A stretch of DNA of 63,057 bases, filler included, from Aduncisulcus paluster (Eukaryota), in NCBI GenBank assembly GCA_024181965.1. It is 6 parts of 6 records of this genome, joined end to end, with 100 filler letters (N's around TTAATTAATTAA, not from the genome) between each part and the next. Parts side by side here need not be neighbours in the genome. Positions count along the whole stretch, not along the records: positions 30,369 to 35,943 come from BQXS01010046.1; positions 36,044 to 57,717 come from BQXS01010047.1; 4 more parts are not named here. One strand, given 5' to 3'. A program made the translations under genes and the position numbers. How positions within the stretch are numbered: position 1 is the first letter of the stretch; each line of letters starts with the position of its first letter. Below the pieces are notes generated by a model, which was not told the DNA's origin, made no database searches, and saw only the letters and a program-made list of their open reading frames with translations. Shown piece after piece: positions 33,301-46,588 of the stretch.

Positions 33301-35943
33301 TGAATTGTTGACTCGACTCTTTTGCAGCGATTCGAAGACAGTTGATTTCTGATTCGCACAGAGAGAGAACAGTAAGGAAGAACGGATGGGTGTTTCTATT
33401 AATAAATCCACGGTGAGAAGAAAAGTAAGAAGGGAAAGGGAAGATTGAATTCAGAGAGTTGGAAATTGAAGGGAAAGAGAAACACAAGAGATCGAGAAGC
33501 AAAGAAACGAATCGTTCACGATCACTTCCGTAAGAAGAATGTTTATGTTTGTGTTTCCTTTTTTGACTGAGTTCAACAGGTTGACTATCATGCGGAAACT
33601 TTGAGAATGCCGGAAAATCTGTAAGACCAACGGATGAAGACATGCCTTGATCATCATCAAATGATAATTTCTCAGAATCTAAAAATAGAATCATCTTTGG
33701 GAGAATATGGGGATATGTCACCAAGATAGACCCACATTTGGCAGCAACTTTGATCAATTGGAGTGCATCATCAGGCAGGGAAGGAGTCTCTTCAAGGAGT
33801 ACGGACCCCTTGGCAAGGTCAGCAAGAGAAGGGTTGAGAGACAACTGGATTGGTAATGTAAGATCGATTCTCCGTGATTGTTGTTCCAGATGGGAAGGTG
33901 TTTTCCAATGAGAGGTTGGAGAAGATCTCTTGGGAGGAGGAGGACGAGAGAGTAAAGAGAGAGTTTTGTCGGAAGGAACAGTCGATAAAGAAGAAGTTGA
34001 AGAAGTTTTGACGAGGATAGTATTCCCTTTGGAATTACAATGAATCACCCATCCATTGCTCTCTTGGCGTTGTGCGAATTCAAGGATCTGGCGTGTGGAT
34101 GCTACATGGAAGAATGTACGATAGAATGCCGGAAGAGGCGGATGTAAATGAGACGTAGATGACACGTGAGATTTGAATTGTTTGAAGAGCATTGGAGAAG
34201 GAACCAAGAGAGATTGAGAGGAAGACGGGATCACATGCGTGGAGGGGGAACCAGGATGTACAGGACCGTGGGAAAGGGAGAGATCATGGGAAGCAAGGAA
34301 GGGCGAATAGTGTGTTCGACGGGAGGAAGTTCTAACAAACTCTCCAGCTTGACCATCAGTTTTGGGGGAAGATTGCAAAATGTGATGATAAGNNNNNNNN
34401 NNNNNNNNNNNNTAGATGACACGTGAGATTTGAATTGTTTGAAGAGCATTGGAGAAGGAACCAAGAGAGATTGAGAGGAAGACGGGATCACATGCGTGGA
34501 GGGGGAACCAGGATGTACAGGACCGTGGGAAAGGGAGAGATCATGGGAAGCAAGGAAGGGCGAATAGTGTGTTCGACGGGAGGAAGTTCTAACAAACTCT
34601 CCAGCTTGACCATCAGTTTTGGGGGAAGATTGCAAAATGTGATGATAAGAAAGAGGATCAGCTTCATGGGATTGGTGAGTCGTGCTGGATGTGCCAGGGC
34701 GTTTTGACATTTCTTTCTCTTTCTCTCTCTCTTTCAAGAGCATAATGTGATAGTTTCGAAGTAAAATCTTACGTTTCAATTGTATCTTCTTCCATTGAGA
34801 ATGTTCTAAAAATAGAGACAGTGCAACTGCATTCAATTGATTGAGTGAGGGCAGAGTGTACGGGGAATAAAGAGCCGTCGAGTGAGTAGATCCGTATGAT
34901 TCTGAGGCTTCAATGCCGAGGCCAGTTTCACGAAGACTTTGAGAAGGACCATCCATCATTGGATTTGGGGAAGCCGAGGAGAGGAAGAGGAGGAGACGAG
35001 AGGAAAGAGCAGAGAGAGAAGGAAGGAAATCTAACTGTTGTTGGAGAATGGCTCTCAGTTCAGGAGTAAGGGCACGTGACTCGGGGTCATGAGAAAACGT
35101 TGGAGTCAAATCCTTTGAAAACACACTCCCAAGCTGTGAGATCCACCCAAACTCAGACTCCGTAACATTACCTTGATGCTCTTTCCTTTTCCCCTTTGAA
35201 GGTGAACTTGAACCGGCAGTCTCAATTCCAGGTTTAAGCTCAGAGCCAATGTTTGTCTCACCTGCATGACTGCTTGTTTGACCTTCATCTACTATCGAAT
35301 CAGAGGTGTGACCATATTGTACTTGATGTTGAAGTAACTCGATATTGGATGTTATCTCCCCCTGAATGTCCTCTGCTTTGGCTTTGGCTCCAGCAGCTTC
35401 TCTCTTGCCATCAGGACTAGATGTAGCGTTATAAGAGACACCTGGGGACATATCAAGGAGATCTGAGGGTTTACGGACAACTGGGGTTTGTTCTTCACCT
35501 TCTTCCTTCTCAATTGAACCTGAGAATATATCCCCATTGAATAAGGTAGAAGACATAAATAGATCGGTGCTATGTTGAACTCCTTTCATGTATTCATGGT
35601 TTTCTTTCTCAATCTCAGCCTGGAATATACGTTCTTCCTGCTCTTTCCGCTCTTTTTCTCTCTGAACAAGAGCTTCTTTGGCAATTTTTTCTTTCTTTTC
35701 GCGATCTTTCCGTTCTCTATCTCTAATTTCACGATTTAGTTTTTCTTTCTGAACCTTCTGTCGTTTTTTATCCCTTGCTTTCTTATTTTCATACATATGG
35801 AACTGTTTCAACTTTCTAGTTCTATTTTTAGACCTGGGTGAGAGAGTTCGTGCCAAATGAGAAGAAGATTCTCCAGAAGCGAGTGTCTGTTGACGATACG
35901 ATGATTGATCTTTCCTTGGTTTAGACACGCTAATCATTCGATG
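30369..35943 (-). CDS. Large Ser-rich hypothetical protein, 3' truncated and possibly 5' partial, split by a gap overlap at 34393-34412
   Basis: ORFs 34231-35937 and 30317-34378 share a 237-bp duplicated overlap (34156-34392 = 34413-34649); the frame fills the contig. Confidence 0.7.
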
Positions 35944-36043
35944 NNNNNNNNNNNNNNNNNNNNNNNNNNNNNNNNNNNNNNNNNNNNTTAATTAATTAAN
36001 NNNNNNNNNNNNNNNNNNNNNNNNNNNNNNNNNNNNNNNNNNN
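35944..36043. other. Artificial contig-join spacer
   Basis: N44-TTAATTAATTAA-N44. Confidence 0.97.
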
Positions 36044-36619
36044 TATATAGAGCCATGTGATATAAAAAACCTGCATGTTGGTGGAATTGTCACAGGGTTT
36101 TCTCAACTCATCGCAAAGTCGCCATTTGGAGCGCCCACTGCCATATCCCTTGTGATTGAATGGGATAAAAATACACTTTCTATCCGCTGCTAGAGCATTT
36201 TATTCCTTGTACTGCACAGAGATTTGCAAGAAGGCTTCTTAATTGAATGAATGGATGTTTCGTGTCAAACGCCTTGAGCTTCTTTTCTAAAGACCATCCC
36301 TCGGAGCACAGGTCTATTTCCAATGTGAGATCTTCCCTTTTTTTATTATTATTTTTTGGTGTCGTGGAATTCACAGATACCGTTTCTAATCGATTCAATC
36401 GACCAACGATGAAGCTTTGAAAGATGTCTTGTTGAGTTGGCCCACATCCAATTCATGATTAATATCAAAAGTGATTGGAGGATGATTCCATTAATCCAGG
36501 AATCTCCAGCTCTCCATGACAAAATACTGGTTATGAACCTATGACTTCGTATCATCAGAATAACCTGTGATCACTGATCACTCATATTTTCAATTAAATT
36601 CCTATTAAATTTTCACAAT

Positions 36620-39600
36620 TTATTCTTCTTTTAAGTCATCAACAAGTCCTTGCAAACTGTTCTTCTTCAACTTGATGACAGGTCCAAATCCACGAATGTT
36701 TTCATAGTAAGTAAAAACATCTTCGCGAGTGAGCCATTTAAGATCGAGGTAAACACGACAGATATCACTCATATACGTCTCTTTAATTTCTCCAAACATG
36801 GTTTCGGCAACGTTCCACATAATTTTCTTGTCATTGTCGGATATGGGCAAGTCGAATATTCCCTCGGTGAGACTCTTAATCTTTTCAGCATTTGGGTGTT
36901 TCTGCATTGAGCCAACAACACTCTTCAAAACAAGTTGTTTGTGCTCTCCAATGAGGCTGGCAATACTCTCCATCTTTTGAGTCAGGTACATCACCATCGA
37001 ATCGCCCTCTTCGATCTCAGCTGACGACATTATTGTCTTCAGGAGACCCTCAAGAATAACGGATGTGATTTGTTTGATGACCTTGCACACATGCTCATCT
37101 GTCTCCTTCTTCTCATCACCTTCTTTGGACTGTGAGACATATTCGACCTTGATGGCACTGATAACATCAGCGAGAGGGTCTTTGGAAATAGAACGGTCTT
37201 GAAGTTCGATCAAGGTACTTCCAGTGTTCGCAGCAGGATTGAGGAAAGAATCGACCAATATTGTGTTCTGTTCAGAATCGAGGGACATACGGCCGAATAA
37301 CGGACACAGGACCTTTTGCCAGGACCATGAAGCAAGAGCATTTGCATCAGAATCAACAATTTTAATGCAAGAATGCTGGAACATACTTAAAGAGAACAGT
37401 GAAGGGTGCGACAATACGCACGGATAAATATAGAGATTCAAATATTCGAGGGGATCTGACGACTTTTCTGATTCCTTCGATTCTGATTCCTTCGATTCTG
37501 ATTCTTCCCGAGTTTTAATTATATTGCACATTTTGGCTATGGATCCGGTAAATACTTCCTTCACATCACTCTCTGGAAGCCATTTGTTTCTTTTGAACAT
37601 GAAACAGATACCAGAAATAATACTCCTGATCCAGAACTGGATGCTTCCTTTGCCAAACTTAGATTCGGCAACAGGAGCAGTCAAGATACCTCCAAGAAGT
37701 TTCTTAAAGTCATTGTTTGTCATACCAGATTCCTTATACATTTTAGTTTCAAGATCCTCAATTTCCTCTTCAACTTCTTTCACACGATCACCATTGGCAG
37801 AAGAAGTCTTTAAGCTGGCGAGATCATCCTTGAGAGCTGTCCACTCCTTAATGAGGTCCTTGTCAAAGAATGAGAAAGAGATGCAGGCCTCAATATCCAT
37901 TTCACGAATATCTCCTCCGAGAACAAAGTCAGAGATATCCTTGTCGGTCAGTCTATCAGCAACAACTTTAGCAGGGGCAGCCGGGGAGGACATGGACATG
38001 GTGGCTCCCATTGGAACAGTGAAGGAACCAAAGGAACCGAATGATGGTTTTGGTCCGCCACGAACAATGGTGTGCTTGCGTGAAGTCCTGTCTTTGCTTC
38101 TGCTCCTCCTCTCTCCTCTTCCTTTCTGAGAACTCCACCCATCATCGCTCTTGTTTTCACTGGAGGAGCTGCGGGACGAAGAGAACTGACTCCGGCTACT
38201 GTGGCGACTTCCTGATGAACGCTTGGAATCACGAGACCTTCCTCCCCTTCCGCCGCTACGCATATGTGGGCTTGTCTCCCTGGAGCTACGTCTTCTATCT
38301 CTCTTCTCTTTCTCTTCCTCACGCAACTCTTTGGTAACCTCGGCCTTGCTCTTTGCCTTTGAGCTGAACTTATCCTTGAAACCTTGCTTCTGCAAATCAT
38401 TCAAATCCTCGGCAAAACATTGCAGACGAACAGTGATGGAAGAATTGGGAATGGAAGTGTCATAATCAGTGATATATGGAATAAAACTATCGTAGAAAAA
38501 GTTAGTGAGATCACTGACTTTCTGCATACCTTGCCATTTCTGACCCATTTCTCTCATCAATATAATAATCAATTCTAAATTGAAGCAATCGAATTGAGGA
38601 TGGAAGAAGAAATCGAAACCTTTCAAATCCTTCTTGGAGAGCTCTTCAAACCTTTGCTTCACGGCTTCTTCCTCAAGGTTGTATTCAACAAGCTCGTTCT
38701 TGGAGAAGGCAAGAGCAACGGTGAACTTCTCAATATCTTTCCGAATCTTGACTAGAGCCGGACTGGGAACATGCTCAGGCTTCTTGGGAGCAAACGAGAG
38801 ACCAGATAGCAACGAGGATGGCTCAGCAGGAGTCTCCTGAACAGCAGTGGATGATATATTGGTTTCTTCGGCTTCTTTCTCGCCTTCTTGGACCTCAGTA
38901 GGGTGTTCCTCTTTGGTTGCTTCTACTTCTTCTTCTTTCTTTTCCTGATCTTTCTTAAAATCTTCTTCTTTTTTAATCCACTCGGCATCCTCTTCTTCAA
39001 TCTTCTTTTTATCTTCTTCAAGCAAACGTTCAAGCTCCTTTTGAGCTGTTTCCAAGTCATACTCAGCAATTTCCACATTCTTTGTATAGTATTTCAGCTC
39101 GTCACTCTTCATTTTCTGCACGGCCAAGAGTTCTTTCTGGAAAGCCGCCATACTGTTACCAAATAGATCCTTCCTTTTGGGAACGAGATCCTCTTCACCG
39201 GATTCTTCATCGAGTACTCGGTCCACCTGAAGGAAATCGAGAGAGAAATTAGGGACAATATCAGCGAGGAAGGATTTCATCTCACAGCGCTTAAGGATAG
39301 TACGTAGAACGGCATAGTGAACAGTGGTGAGCTTATTCTTAAGACAGAACCCAAACATGAGCAAAAACANNNNNNNNNNNNNNNNNNNNCCAAGAGTTCT
39401 TTCTGGAAAGCCGCCATACTGTTACCAAATAGATCCTTCCTTTTGGGAACGAGATCCTCTTCACCGGATTCTTCATCGAGTACTCGGTCCACCTGAAGGA
39501 AATCGAGAGAGAAATTAGGGACAATATCAGCGAGGAAGGATTTCATCTCACAGCGCTTAAGGATAGTACGTAGAACGGCATAGTGAACAGTGGTGAGCTT

Positions 39601-42457
39601 ATTCTTAAGACAGAACCCAAACATGAGCAAAAACAAAATATTACGAATGAAAGGTGGACGCTTAATAAATTCTTGGCAGGCCAATTGACTGAAAAAGATT
39701 ACACTTCCTTTCCTGAACAATCTCTTAAGATCATTCTTGTATTCGACAGTGTCCTCATCATCATCCGGCTTGACAAAACACCCTTTAGGATACACGACAT
39801 TACTGAATCTCTCGGTAATAATTGTAATAAACCGCTTCTTGTTGGCTCTGCTGTGAACTCTCTTATAGAGCAGTTCGTCTCCTTTGATAATTTTCATGAC
39901 TTCCTCGGGATTCGTGATCTGTTCATCGATGATAAATGGGGCGAGTTTCTCACGGTTGGCGGTTGAAAGCTCTGTCCTGATGCCCTTGGACTTGCCTTCC
40001 TTTCCTTTCGGCTTCATTTGGTACAAAGTCAACACTTCAACGAGAACTTTGTCCATGCCATACTCAGAGTCAGTCGGACCATGCCAGATGTCAAAGAGCA
40101 AGCCATTGTAGGTGGAGAACATTTCCTTGATGAGCTTGGAGTATAACTCAACGAAAGGAGGCTCGAGACAAGCTTTTTCCCATACATTGAGTGTAAACTT
40201 TTCAAAGAGTTTTGATCTTAGTTCGTAACAACAGATTCCACCGGCTCCTTCAAGAGTTCCAGCAGCATTGTCTTCACCAAAATTGGGGTGGATCTCTGTG
40301 AGGCGGTCAGGGTGGAAAAGATCAAATAATTCTCCGATCAATGTCTTATAATTCTCATGACTAAGCTTATTCAAAATAGAAACAAGCTTTGCGTAGGCCT
40401 GATCGAGGGCAGAGTCACGGATCAGAGACTTAGATGATGGACGGCACTTCTTCAACTTCTCAACACGTTCTTCACGACGACGGCTTCCAGAACGGGATCT
40501 GTCGCCACGACTACGAGACGAACCACGTCCTCCTTTCCCTCCCTTCCTTTTGTGATGTCCAGAATCAGGGGGGGCAATACGAATAGTATCAACAATCTTC
40601 TTGAGCAATTCGGCGGACAAATTACCACATGGTGGCATGGTCATACGTGGAGCTTGCTGTGGAACTGTGGTCGAGGGTGTAGAAGAAAATGATGTGGTAC
40701 CTGTAATTCCACCGGTGGCTGGAGCAGGGGTGGCAGGCTCAGCAGGCTCGATACCAGCTGATTTGAGAAGATTCTCTCTTATCTGCAAAAGCTCTTCACG
40801 GGTGTATTTCAAGGTAACTGATTGATTGGGATCATACTGGGTCACACGATCGGATTCTTTATCGAAATGTTGACGTTTAGTTTTGGAAGAAACAGGAGTT
40901 TTGGGCTCTTTTTTGGGCTGTTTTTTGACAGGAGGTATTGGCTCTGGCTTCTTGATTGGTTCCTCTTTTTTGATTGGTTCTTCCTTTTTGATTGGTTCTT
41001 CCTTTTTGATTGGTTCTTCCTTTTTGATTGGTCCAGAATCAGGGGGGGCAATACGAATAGTATCAACAATCTTCTTGAGCAATTCGGCGGACAAATTACC
41101 ACATGGTGGCATGGTCATACGTGGAGCTTGCTGTGGAACTGTGGTCGAGGGTGTAGAAGAAAATGATGTGGTACCTGTAATTCCACCGGTGGCTGGAGCA
41201 GGGGTGGCAGGCTCAGCAGGCTCGATACCAGCTGATTTGAGAAGATTCTCTCTTATCTGCAAAAGCTCTTCACGGGTGTATTTCAAGGTAACTGATTGAT
41301 TGGGATCATACTGGGTCACACGATTGGATTCTTTATCGAAATGTTGACGTTTAGTTTTGGAAGAAACAGGAGTTTTGGGCTCTTTTTTGGGCTGTTTTTT
41401 GACAGGAGGTATTGGCTCTGGCTTCTTGATTGGTTCCTCTTTTTTGATTGGTTCTTCCTTTTTGATTGGTTCTTCCTTTTTGACTACGAGACGAACCACG
41501 TCCTCCTTTCCCTCCCTTCCTTTTGTGATGTCCAGAATCAGGGGGGGCAATACGAATAGTATCAACAATCTTCTTGAGCAATTCGGCGGACAAATTACCA
41601 CATGGTGGCATGGTCATACGTGGAGCTTGCTGTGGAACTGTGGTCGAGGGTGTAGAAGAAAATGATGTGGTACCTGTAATTCCACCGGTGGCTGGAGCAG
41701 GGGTGGCAGGCTCAGCAGGCTCGATACCAGCTGATTTGAGAAGATTCTCTCTTATCTGCAAAAGCTCTTCACGGGTGTATTTCAAGGTAACTGATTGATT
41801 GGGATCATACTGGGTCACACGATCGGATTCTTTATCGAAATGTTGACGTTTAGTTTTGGAAGAAACAGGAGTTTTGGGCTCTTTTTTGGGCTGTTTTTTG
41901 ACAGGAGGTATTGGCTCTGGCTTCTTGATTGGTTCCTCTTTTTTGATTGGTTCTTCCTTTTTGATTGGTTCTTCCTTTTTGATTGGTTCTTCCTTTTTGA
42001 TTGGTTCTTCCTTTTTGAGTTCTTTCTTAGGAGAAGCAGGAGTTTCTATTTCTTTTTCGACAGGAGCAGGAGCTTCGGGTTCTTTCTTAACGATAGGAGT
42101 TTCTGGTTCTTTTTTAACTGAAATGCTTTCTATTTTAGATTTAGGAGGTGGAATAGTCGGAGTAGCAGGTTCTACTTTAACGGGTTCCTCTTCTTTCCTA
42201 ACCTTTTTAACCGATAAGGTTGTAGAAGCTGGCTTCTTAATAATAAAAGACTTTTTCTCGCGAGTTTGCCTTGTAATAGTCGATGAAGATTTTGGAGTTG
42301 GCTGATTTAACTTGAGAGAAGGTTTCGGAGTTTTGTGAGTGACTACAACGATTCTCCTCACAGGAGCACCTTTTTCTTTTTTTTCAGATCCCCCGCCCTT
42401 TGAAAGGATAAGGGTACTATCCGTACTCGTGGTAGTTTCTCTCGGAGTACTACTCAT
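36620..42457 (-). CDS. EIF4G: Translation initiation factor eIF4G (eIF4E-binding motif, MIF4G, C-terminal W2-like domain); fragmented by assembly duplications
   Basis: YTREELLQ fits YxxxxL-phi; LVSILNKLSHENY and KACLEPPFVELYSKL are MIF4G motifs; WLTREDVFTYY...LVDDLKEE is W2-like; overlap at gap 39370-39389 (offset 266). Confidence 0.85.
40515..42015 (-). repeat. Three near-identical ~0.45-0.5-kb copies of the eIF4G 4E-binding segment, bounded by 18-bp KKEEPI tandem repeats
   Basis: Block KKEEPI(n)...YTREELL...APPDSG occurs three times; one junction is out of frame; boundaries approximate. Confidence 0.85.
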
Positions 42458-42821
42458 TCGATTACAAAACAACTGATAATCACGATTGAATTTCCAATCT
42501 TGTAGAAAGCCGTAAAATTGATTGAATATGATAAAAAGTTCATTTATTGCATAATATATAAATATTTATACTTGCTAATGGTGCTTTAAACCAAGTACCC
42601 TTGATTGGATCGCTGCTCTATAAATAGATCTCCAACAATGAAAATTTTTTCCAATTAAATCTGTCATACAGTTTGAGAAAAGACATTTTTTGTCTATTGT
42701 TGAATTTCTATTCGATTTCACCTTTTTTCAGTGTCTAAAATTTCAAAATAAATGATCTGAGATCAATCGAGGTTTTCCTTGAGCTTGTTTAATCACTTCT
42801 GTATTATAGTATATAAATATT

Positions 42822-44264
42822 ATGCTTAAATCGCTCCCTCATTATACTCGCAAAACTGGGAAAACATCATGGACAAGTAGTGTTGTGGATGAATTCGAAG
42901 CTCAACAAGATGGTGATAGCATTGTCTTGAGGCGTTTATTTGTTAAAAATATTCCAAAAAATGAAACAAATGATAATATTAGCAACTTTTTTGAGAGAAA
43001 ATTAAGACAGTTTCAACTAATACCCCCACCTCCCTCAATGGCACGTGAAGCTTTAGAAGATAGGGTACTCTGGGAATATTTATATGGTCCAGCAGCAAAT
43101 TTAGTTCAAAGTGTTGAGAGGAAACCTGCAGATGCTGATTATGTGTTTGTCACATTTCGAACTCCTCAACTTGCAACTTCTGCTATGTTATTTCATCTTT
43201 GTTGGTATAATTCTCGTCAATTAATTATAAATAGACCTCGTACATTTGCTCCAAGGTCACCCAGAATCAATTTTTATCATGTAGAACAGTTTTATTCTCC
43301 AGTCGACAAAATTGTTAATGGCTCTGATAAATTATTTGTCAGTGGTATTCCAAAAGCTTGGTCAAGTATGATGGTTCGCATATTTCTCTCAAGGGCTGGA
43401 AAACTGAAGTCCCTTCACGTTCAAATGAATAAGGATAAACGATATACAGAAAATCTTGGATACTGCTTTTGTACGTTCCAAGGTGGAAATCTTGGGGCCC
43501 GTAGAGCCATTGCTCTACTCCATGATACCAGTACAGCTCCCTTTCTCGAACGTTGGGAAGGTTTACCCAAGCGCATGACTGTTAAGATGGCACAACTCAC
43601 TGATTACCATCGTGGACATGGATATACGACTTCTAAAATACCAATTAAAGTACCATTCATATCAAAACTTCTCGAAGAAACAAAGTCTTCTTCAAGTTCA
43701 GTATCCAGCACTTCCCTGAGAGAAGGTGACGGGTTCGATGTGACATCTAAATCGGATGAAAACCCCCGTTTTGTGCTTTTTGTTGGTAATATTTTGACTA
43801 GTATTGATATTGAAACATTTCCTGAACGGGCCCAATCAATTGCTGCCCTTTTCGCTGGATTAGAGGGTGTTAATGATGTTAGTGTTTGGAAACGCAAAGG
43901 ATCAAAGGGTTTATTGGCGTATCTTGGCATTACCTTCTCTGAAGAGCATATGTGTGAGCATTATTGTAAACAACTCTCGGGAACAAGTCTAAATCATAGA
44001 GTTATGGTATTTATGAGGATATCTCAGAAAGACTATTTAAAAATGCAAAATGAAGACCTTGAAAAGGTTGAATTCAAGGAAATTAAAAAACCAATTATCG
44101 AAGAAACCAAAAAGGAGACAATCGAATCAAACCCTGTTATTGATCCAGGACAGGAAAGTGAGCAAGCAATTGATATCATTGCTTCTAGTCCGCCTTTGGA
44201 TAAGAAATCGGTAGAGTTCACAGCAGATATGCCCGTTTTAGCTGAAGATGATGATAATTGGTAA
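42822..44264 (+). CDS. U2AF2: U2AF large subunit (U2AF65)-like splicing factor: two RRMs plus a UHM
   Basis: RRLFVKNIP...YVFVTFRTPQLATSAM...LIINRPR; DKLFVSGIP...GYCFCTF; third UHM-like domain VLFVGNIL. Confidence 0.8.
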   Translation: MLKSLPHYTRKTGKTSWTSSVVDEFEAQQDGDSIVLRRLFVKNIPKNETNDNISNFFERKLRQFQLIPPPPSMAREALEDRVLWEYLYGPAANLVQSVERKPADADYVFVTFRTPQLATSAMLFHLCWYNSRQLIINRPRTFAPRSPRINFYHVEQFYSPVDKIVNGSDKLFVSGIPKAWSSMMVRIFLSRAGKLKSLHVQMNKDKRYTENLGYCFCTFQGGNLGARRAIALLHDTSTAPFLERWEGLPKRMTVKMAQLTDYHRGHGYTTSKIPIKVPFISKLLEETKSSSSSVSSTSLREGDGFDVTSKSDENPRFVLFVGNILTSIDIETFPERAQSIAALFAGLEGVNDVSVWKRKGSKGLLAYLGITFSEEHMCEHYCKQLSGTSLNHRVMVFMRISQKDYLKMQNEDLEKVEFKEIKKPIIEETKKETIESNPVIDPGQESEQAIDIIASSPPLDKKSVEFTADMPVLAEDDDNW

Positions 44265-44424
44265 ATAAAAAAAAAATGTTTCAATAAACAGATCATATTG
44301 TAAATTGTATTTGAAAACATCTCTCTTTGTTCTCTATTATGAAAGTAATATGAAAAAATTGTCCAGGAGCCTTTATTTAAATATTAGAGCGGAAATTTTG
44401 GAAACAGTGTCATCAGGAGCTCAT

Positions 44425-44902
44425 TTATTTGATTTCTTTCTTCACGGTTTTAAGACCAGAGAAATCAATAACGGGAACGTAGAAAACGTTAGCATAACTA
44501 CGGTCCTTCTCAACTCTGTGTTCAACACGGATACGTACACACTTAGGAGGAGTACGAATTCCCTTGTCCCAGATGAATTGGTTAAGGGAACCGTCGATAC
44601 GGATGTTCTTGCAGTGAGTCAACCTGTTAACGGCCTTCTTGATCTCAGAGATGGCACGTGGTGCCTTCTTCTTCAGCTTACTATAAAATTAAAATAAAAA
44701 TAACAGTAGTAGATGTAATAATGAAATTAAATGAAAGACAAATCATAAAACATAAAAATATCAATCATATAATAAGAGATTAGGGACTGAAACATGAAAT
44801 ATCAAAGAAAACCACAATTGGGAAATAATATAAAAGAAAAATAACATACACGGATCCAACCGCGCGCTTAATATTGATGGTGAGCTCGTACTGAGAGGAC
44901 AT
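44425..44902 (-). CDS. RPL31: 60S ribosomal protein eL31; exons 44902-44850 and 44680-44425 (102 aa)
   Basis: Spliced product MSSQYELTINIKRAVGSVKLKKKAPRAISEIKK...IRIDGSLNQFIWDKGIRTPPKCVRIRV; GTATGT...TAG intron 44849-44681. Confidence 0.93.
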
Positions 44903-45535
44903 GTGAGGCTAAGGGCACAAACAGGAAGGAAGGAAGAGTTAGAGTGGATAATCACTCAAGAATCTATTTTGGGATATAGGACGAAATAAAGAAATAGAAT
45001 ATATGATTGGAATGGAATTATAAATAATATGAAACAATAAAAAGAGTTTCGGCTTCTTCTTTCTTTAAATTATCCCCATTTAAACGCTGTTGGTTATTAG
45101 CTCAAAGAAAATAGAAAGGCGATTAAATAGTTCTTTTATTAAATATATTCTTGTTGTTATTATTGGATTCTCATTTAAATTTTCTGGTGTTAGCTGAACT
45201 AGCTTTCTGTCAATCAAAACAAATTATCTCTTCTGTTTGAAACTGTTTCAAAATGTTATCTTGAAGATAACATTTATAATATCGCAAATAAATTGAATAA
45301 ACTGATCAACTTCCATTTTTAAAAAGCAATCTCGAGATAGAAATGCAGGGAAATGTTTGTCGTTAGTCCATTTTAATTTTCACAATAAATGCAATAAAAT
45401 AATGGTAATAATTTGAATTAATGCATTTAATTCCAAAATATTGCAAAATTTAGGTAAAATTTCGAACTATATTTTTTTTTGATTGTCGAGAGCTCTTTTT
45501 GACGTTCCTTCAATAAGAAAAAGATCATATTTGGT

Positions 45536-46588
45536 ATGAATAAGCCTAAACATGGAACTTCGATTGGTATGTCTTTGAATTTTATTGTTTTATTTGCCTT
45601 TGTCATATTGTCTCATTAACCCATGTGTTTAGAATTGAAAGGAAAGGAAAAGGACTCAGAAATCCATGGTCTTCTGCAAATATTAGATGAAACTCGAAAC
45701 TTAAAGCGTAGGAAGCTCGATGTTACGCTAGAAAGTTTGACTCAAGAAAGTCAAATTCCCCAAGGCAAGAAAAATTTCCCTCATATTTTAGAAAACTATT
45801 TGTCTCTAGGGAAAATTATTGATTCGATATTTACTCATTCTGAAGATGTTTCAATTCAATTTTCAATGATTCAGCACCAAATTCGATACGATTACAAATT
45901 TGATGGTATCTTTGATCTCAAGACATTTCGGAAACTTTTGTTTTTGATTCCTAATGCCTGGAATATTTATTATGGCTCCTCAAAAACATATTCTCGTTCT
46001 GATGAATCAAATGGCCTTCTTGTTGAGCAGATAAAGATTAGAGGTTATGATTCAAATTCAAAGCGAGTTGAATATTTTAAAAACAATATTAATTCATTTT
46101 TAGAGGATAAGAAAAAGATTTATGGAATGAAAATTCAAGCTAAAGAAGGTCCAGAAAGTATGAGTCAAAAAATTGCCAATCATCTCTTATTTGTATTGAG
46201 ATTTGATAGGGGAGATTACGATGAAGGATTTATTCTTTATCTTGATTCTCGAATTGAAAAAGTTGCTCTTCCTCCATATCCTCGAGAAAGTCCTTTTTCA
46301 AAAATTAAACCCAAGAAGATATCAAAGAAAGGGGCTTCAAGTTTTTCTCGTCTTTATTCTTCTCAATCAGGAGCTGCTGCATTATCTTTTTTAGCTAAGA
46401 AATCCTCCAAGAACACAGCACCTTCAATATTGGGTAAAATCCGCCATTCTTCTCAAAAGGAACCTCTGACCCAAGAAATTCCGTTTGAAAGAGAAAGGAA
46501 AGCGAAACGTCTGTGTAGTATTCTTGATAGCGACTTAATCAAAGAAATAGATAGAGATATCCAATCTTCAAATCTCTCAATAAAATAA
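45536..46588 (+). CDS. Cdt1-like replication licensing factor (divergent); exons 45536-45566 and 45633-46588
   Basis: 66-nt GTATGT...TAG intron restores the frame; FPHILENY..IIDSI...FSMIQHQI...LLFLIPNAW...RVEYFKNNI...RFD...IEKVALPPYP parallels the Cdt1 middle winged-helix domain (by eye). Confidence 0.5.

Noticed and set aside
36044-36560. Short minus-strand ORFs at a contig start
   Set aside because: No long frame or recognisable motif; cannot support a gene call
44681-44849. RPL31 intron is about twice as long as the others; possible snoRNA host
   Set aside because: No C box (TGATGA) / D box (CTGA) pair or H/ACA hairpins visible on the sense strand
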